Assembly (NCBI RefSeq): GCF_006345805.1
Contig: NC_042997.1
Coordinates: 209,746,001-209,810,000, forward strand
Length of the DNA: 64,000 nt
Source of the DNA: Octopus sinensis
Lineage: Eukaryota
Reading direction: 5' to 3'
The notes beneath the pieces were generated by a model. That model made no database searches, was not told where the DNA came from, and saw only the letters and a program-made list of their open reading frames with translations. The position numbers and the translations under genes were made by a program. Shown piece after piece: positions 53,401-59,400 of this stretch. Positions within the stretch are counted from its first letter, which is position 1. The number at the start of each line of letters is the position of its first letter.

Positions 53401-56400
53401 TCTTTTTATTGTCTACAGCTTTCCCTCTCCCTCCCTGGTGTTTACAACTGTTCCCCTTCCGTTAACGGCCTCTACCACTGTCTCCTCTTTTTCAGACCAC
53501 CTGTATAGCATCTGTTCCCGACTGTCGCTTATTGTTTATTGGAGGTAGAGCTGGTGTGATAACAGTGTACACTACCCTACACAATACAGCAAAGGTAAGT
53601 AACACCACCAGGGTGTGTATGTGTGTGTGTGCGTGCCGATGTCACGTAAAAAGCAACATCCGACATGGTTGATGCCAGGTTCACCTGACTGGCTGCAGTG
53701 CCAGTGGCACGTAAAAAGCACCATCCGAACGTGGCCAATGTCAGTACCTCATGACTGGCCCCCATGCTGGTGGCATGTAAAAAGCACTGTCCGAACATGA
53801 TCAATGCCAGGCCTGCCTGACTGGCCCTTGTGCCAGTGGCATGTAAAGAGCACCCACTACACTCTCGGAGTGGTTGGCACATAAGAAGCACCGTTCGAGT
53901 GTGATCAATGCCAATCCCACCAGATTGGCTCCCGTGCTGGTGGCGGCCATAAAAAGCACCATACAAGCATGGTCATTGCCAGCGTCGCCTGACTAGCCCC
54001 CAGGCCAATGACACGTAAAAAGCATCCACTACACACTCAGAGTGGTTGGCATTAGGAAGGGCATCTAGCTGTAGAAATTTTGCCAGATCAGATTGGAGCC
54101 TGGTGCAGCCTCCTGGCTTCCCAGTCCTCAGTCAAACCGTTCAACCCATACCAGCATGGAAAACGGACGTTGAATGATGATGATGATCCTACAATTGCAA
54201 GTCCACTGCCCTAACCACTGGGCCATTACTTCTCCACATTATATACATATGATGTAAGAGAATGGAGTATCTTGTATTACCATACAGTAAAGATATAACG
54301 ACAGGGTGTGTGTATATGTATGTATATAAGGTGTGAGAGAAGGTAACACCTTGTCTAACAATGGTAAGGTGGTGATGATGAACGACTGATGACAGTGGTT
54401 GTGGTCATGTTAGGTGACCTGTCCAGTTTATATATTTGTGTACCTTTTCTCTTATTATTGCTGTTTGTTTTCCTTTTTGGTCAGAAATCTCACCTGCAAG
54501 TATTAGGCCACAAGAAACAACTCTATGGTCACACCTGTCCCATAACGACAATCACTGTGTGTAAATCTTACAGCATTTTTGTCAGTGCTAGTGAAGATGG
54601 GCTGTGCATCATCTGGGACTTGAATCGGTAAGTTGCTTCATTTCATTATTTACATTATTTACGTATGGGCATATGGCGTAGTGGTTAAAAGAGCGCAGGC
54701 TACTAAACCCAAGATTCCGAGTTCGATTCCAGGCAGTGACCTGAATAAATCGTTTAACGTCCGTTTTCCATGCTAGCATGGGTTAATTGGACATAGTGTT
54801 AATTGACAAAGAAAAGAAACTATGCTGGATCATAGATATAGCATGCTCAGCTGACAAGGTATGCAATAAAGAAGAAAGAAAAGTCGAGAAATATGACAGG
54901 TTAGCTTGGGAAGTTAAGCGGTTGTGGTCGATGAAAAAGGTGGCAGTAGTACCAATAATTGTCAGAGCCCTGGGAACAGTGAGCAAAAATCTCGAGAAAT
55001 ACGTGGAAGAAATAGGGGCTGCAATAAGGGTTGAGCACTTGCAGAAAACAGCACTGCTTGGAATCACTCAAATACTTCGGAAGGTGCTCGAAAAATAAGA
55101 TGTGTTACCTTAGTTCGCTGGTAGTGAACAGCTGACATAGTAGTACATCTCCAGCATTAGAAGCTGTGCCAAGGCAATTACAATAATAATAACAACATCG
55201 AAAAATACCTTAGGATTGAGAACCCCTGGTTTGAAATTTCCCCAAGACACCTGATGATGGCTGGAGGGTATATCAGCCGAAACATTGTGTTAACAACAAA
55301 CAAGATGAGGACAAATATCCGTCGAATGTAAATAATTCCTCATCTCTGAGATATAGAACTGTATTCTTGATTTCATATCATCTGCAATTAAAAACAATTC
55401 ATTTTAACAATTCTTACCATCATCCTCATCGTAATGCTAACGAGCTTATTGTATACAGTGCTCAGGTGCACCACATCTCATCAGAAATTGCATGTGTATG
55501 TGTATGTATGTATATAAGGTGTAAGAGAAGAGAGAAGATAACATCTTGTATAAGAATGGTAAGGTGGAGATGATGAATGACATTGATGACACTGGTTGTG
55601 GTGATGTCAGGTGACCTATCCAGTGCAGTGTAAACGATGATGATGATCACCATCATCAGCATCATCATGTGATGGTGGTAAATGGTTGTCACAGCCATAC
55701 AAGCAGCATCCTTTGTTTTTGAATGTTCCATGAAACAGCTCTGTCCACAGGGAAACATTCTCTTATTTGGAAAGAGGTGAAGGTTGGCGACATGAGAGGC
55801 ACCTGGATGTAGGAAAACCTGCCTCAGCAATTTCCACGTGATCCATACAAACAGGGAAAGGTGGATGTTAAGTGATGATGTGAAAGAATCTTGAAGAATT
55901 GTAACGGGAAAACAAGTTGGTTTAAATGGCCATCATAGTTGTGTGTCTTTTAAAAATTTTTCAGTATGTGTATTTCTGTTTATTTCCACAGGCTGTCCTA
56001 TGTACGCTCCATAGAAGGCCATACGTGTAGTGTGAACACCATTGCTATCAGTGAAACACTGGGTGATATTGTCACAATAAGTTCTGCTGGTAAATATTAC
56101 ATTATTTGGCATTTAATATTGCACGACCGTAAAATACACACACACACACAGATATACATGTAAGCACACACGTACAGATATATGTAGACGCCCGTACATA
56201 CACACATTCATTCATATGCATGCAGACATACACATACATAATGATGCATATACTCATACACACACACACACAGAGCAGATATGAATCTCAAACACACTCA
56301 CAACACAGTGATCCTTCAGCAAACACTTTGTTCTGTCTGTTGAGTTGCACTCCAGATGAACTCACAGTCCACTGCCACTCACATACACTCCCACCCTCAG

Positions 56401-59400
56401 TCACTTCACCCCCAACCCGTCTACCGCCAACACTTGTTGCCTCTCCACTAAACTCTCGCTCATTTCTACCATTTTCTTCACGCTTCAGGTGTCGGCAGTA
56501 TCATGATGTTGCACACGGTCAATGCACAACTAGTTGCTGTACATAACTGCGAAGATAGAATACTGTGTGCCGCTTACTCCAGTGCTGCTGAAGGACGTTC
56601 TGTGAATGTTATTGCTGGGGGACTAAGTGCTGGTATCGTTCGGTAAGTGAAACTGGTATTGTTCCCATTGTACTCACTTCGTGCCCTTCTCTGCCTTGCA
56701 TCCCACTGTCTCTTGTCTTGTCTTGAGACAGCATTCACCTGGGGTGGGTTGAGCTGGCTTCATTCATCCTCAATGCTGCATCTCTCACAAACACCGACCA
56801 GGCCGGGCGATTTGAGGCTAACGACCGCGTGATCTCCAACCACTCCTTATTCCAGTGGCTAACGCCGTAGATATGGGGGCCTAGGTTGGGTTCCAGATCA
56901 GCCTTGACCGTCATCAGCCAGGTTTTTTGTTGTCCACCACATCGCTTTCGCCAACCCTGAAGGGGATCTGGGGCAATTGCTTGGTAGATGAATTCTCCTG
57001 GTTGATGACGGAGGGCATGACACGAAGGATGCGGCATAGACAGAGGTGATTGAAGGATTCTAGTCGCTTAATATCTTCCACCCTCATCAGCCATGACTTG
57101 CTGCCGTAAAGAAGAATCGTTCGCACTAGTACTTGGTAGATCCGTACTTTGGTGGTGCATTGGATCTCAGATCTTGACCTGTGTCGTGCATTGAGTCAGT
57201 TGAAGGCTTGGCGAGCGAGGTCGATCCCTGTTTTTTGTCCCCTTTGTATAACAACTCTCTCATTTTACTCCCTCTCCTCCACCTCTTATCTCTTTCTCTA
57301 ATGTAACGCATGACTGGCGTAATCACTCAACCAACCCAACTTTACATCCATTGTCATTAATATATATTTTCATCATCCCTTAACATTCTTTTTCCCAAGT
57401 TCAAATGCAGTACAGTAATCCTTCAACTATTGCGGCTGTTACGTTCCAAAACCCTCCGTGGTAGGTGAAAATCCACGAAGTAGAAACAGTACTCATCATT
57501 TAACGTCCGCTTTCCCTGGTGGCATGGGTTGGGCGGTTCGACCGGGGTCTGGGAAGCCAGGAGGCTGCACCAGGCTCCAATCTGATCTGGCAAAGTTTCT
57601 CCAGCTGGATGCCCTTCCTAATGCCAAGCACTCCGAGTGTGTAGTGGGTGCTTTTTACGTGCCACTGGCACGAAGGCCAGTCAGGCAGTTCTGGTAATGA
57701 CCATGCTCAAAGGTGTTTTTTTACATGCTACCTGCACGGGAGCCAGCCTACCGGCACTGGCAAAGACCACGCTAGAATGTTGTTTTTCACGTGCCACCAG
57801 CATGGGAGCCAATCCATGGCCCTGGCAACAATCACACTCGGATGTACTTTTAACGTTCCAATGACATGAGTGCCAATCAGGCCATACTGTCATCGGCCAT
57901 GTCAGTGATTTTTATTTGATTTCACTTGCCTCAGTAGGTCTTCGCAAGCGAAGTTTATTGTCCAATGAACGAGGGGTACTCATACAGATACTGTATATTT
58001 TTTTATTATTATTTTTATAATTTGTATATATATATATCATCATCATCATTATCGTTTAGCATCCACTTTCCATGCTAGCATGGGTTGGACGGTTCAACTG
58101 GGGTCTGGGAAGCCAGAAGGCTGCACCAGGACCAGTCTGATCTGGCAGTGTTTCTACAGCTGGATGCCCTTCCTAACGCCAACCACTCCGTGAGTGTAGT
58201 GGGTGCTTCTTACGTGCCAGATGAGGCCACGATTTGATGGTGCTTTTTACGTGCCACCAGCACGGAGGCCAGTCGGGGCGACGCTGACAACGGCCACGTT
58301 CGGATGGCTCTCTTATGTGCCAACGGCACTGGTATCACAGCTACAATTTCCATTGAAGTTGATCGATTTCGATTTTCACTTGCCTCAACAGGTCTTCACA
58401 AGTAGAGTTTTGTTTCCCAAGAAGGAAAGGTATGCATAAGTGGACTGGCTACATCCCATGTAGAGGCCACGGGTTATGGTCTCACATATATATATATATC
58501 TATATATATATTTATTTTATTATAAATGCAAAACAACACCACGGAGGAATCAATGTAGACTTAAATAATAAACCCCAATTGGTGAACTGCAATACGGCAA
58601 AGAAATACTGCAGACAGATTTTCTTTGGTTCGATGCCTTCTTTGATATATTTTATTTATTTATAAACTTGGACCTGCATGAGTGTTTTCACAAATTAATC
58701 AATCAGTGGTGAATGCAGTTTCTTGCAAAGCTCCCTAAGCTACTGCATGGGAGACAACAGTTAAGATTTCTCTCATGAGTTATCTCCCATGATTTGTATG
58801 TGTGTGTGTGTGTGTGTATATATTTATTTATCTGGAAATCTTGTACAATCTTGTGTAACTTTGTGTATTCTTGTTCAAAATGGAAATGAGAGCCAACATT
58901 CCTGCGACAGGTTTGATAATTGTTACAAAATTTGCTTTTGCATGAAACCATTGGTAGCTTTGTTAACCTAGAAATAAAAAAAAATGTTTATCCACCACTG
59001 CGGTGTTGAGCATTCATTCTCACTGTTTGATATTTAGTAAGAATGCGTTATCCCATCATTGTTTCACTTTATTGTATTTCCTTGTAGACTGTGGAACAGT
59101 TGGACCCTGGAACCTGTTAGAGATCTTGTTGATGAAGCACTGAAGGGCAAGCAGATTTTGAGGTGAGTTGAGGGTCTTTATTAAACTGTATTAATTAGAA
59201 TTCATTGCATAACACTGGACTCTCTTTAGAATCAGTTTAGTGGGTGTTTTCACGTGCCACCAGCACAAGGGCCAGTCAGGTCGTGCTGGCAACAACCACA
59301 CTCAAATGGTGTTTTTTTACATGCTACCTGCATAGGAGCCAGTCCGGCGGCACTGGTGACGACCACACTCAAATGGTGTTTTCCATGTGCCGGTAAGGCG

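Noticed and set aside
53620-54040. CRISPR-like regularly spaced repeats
   Set aside because: Eukaryotic context; the spacers are homologous to each other and the array is internal to the RTE 3' UTR.
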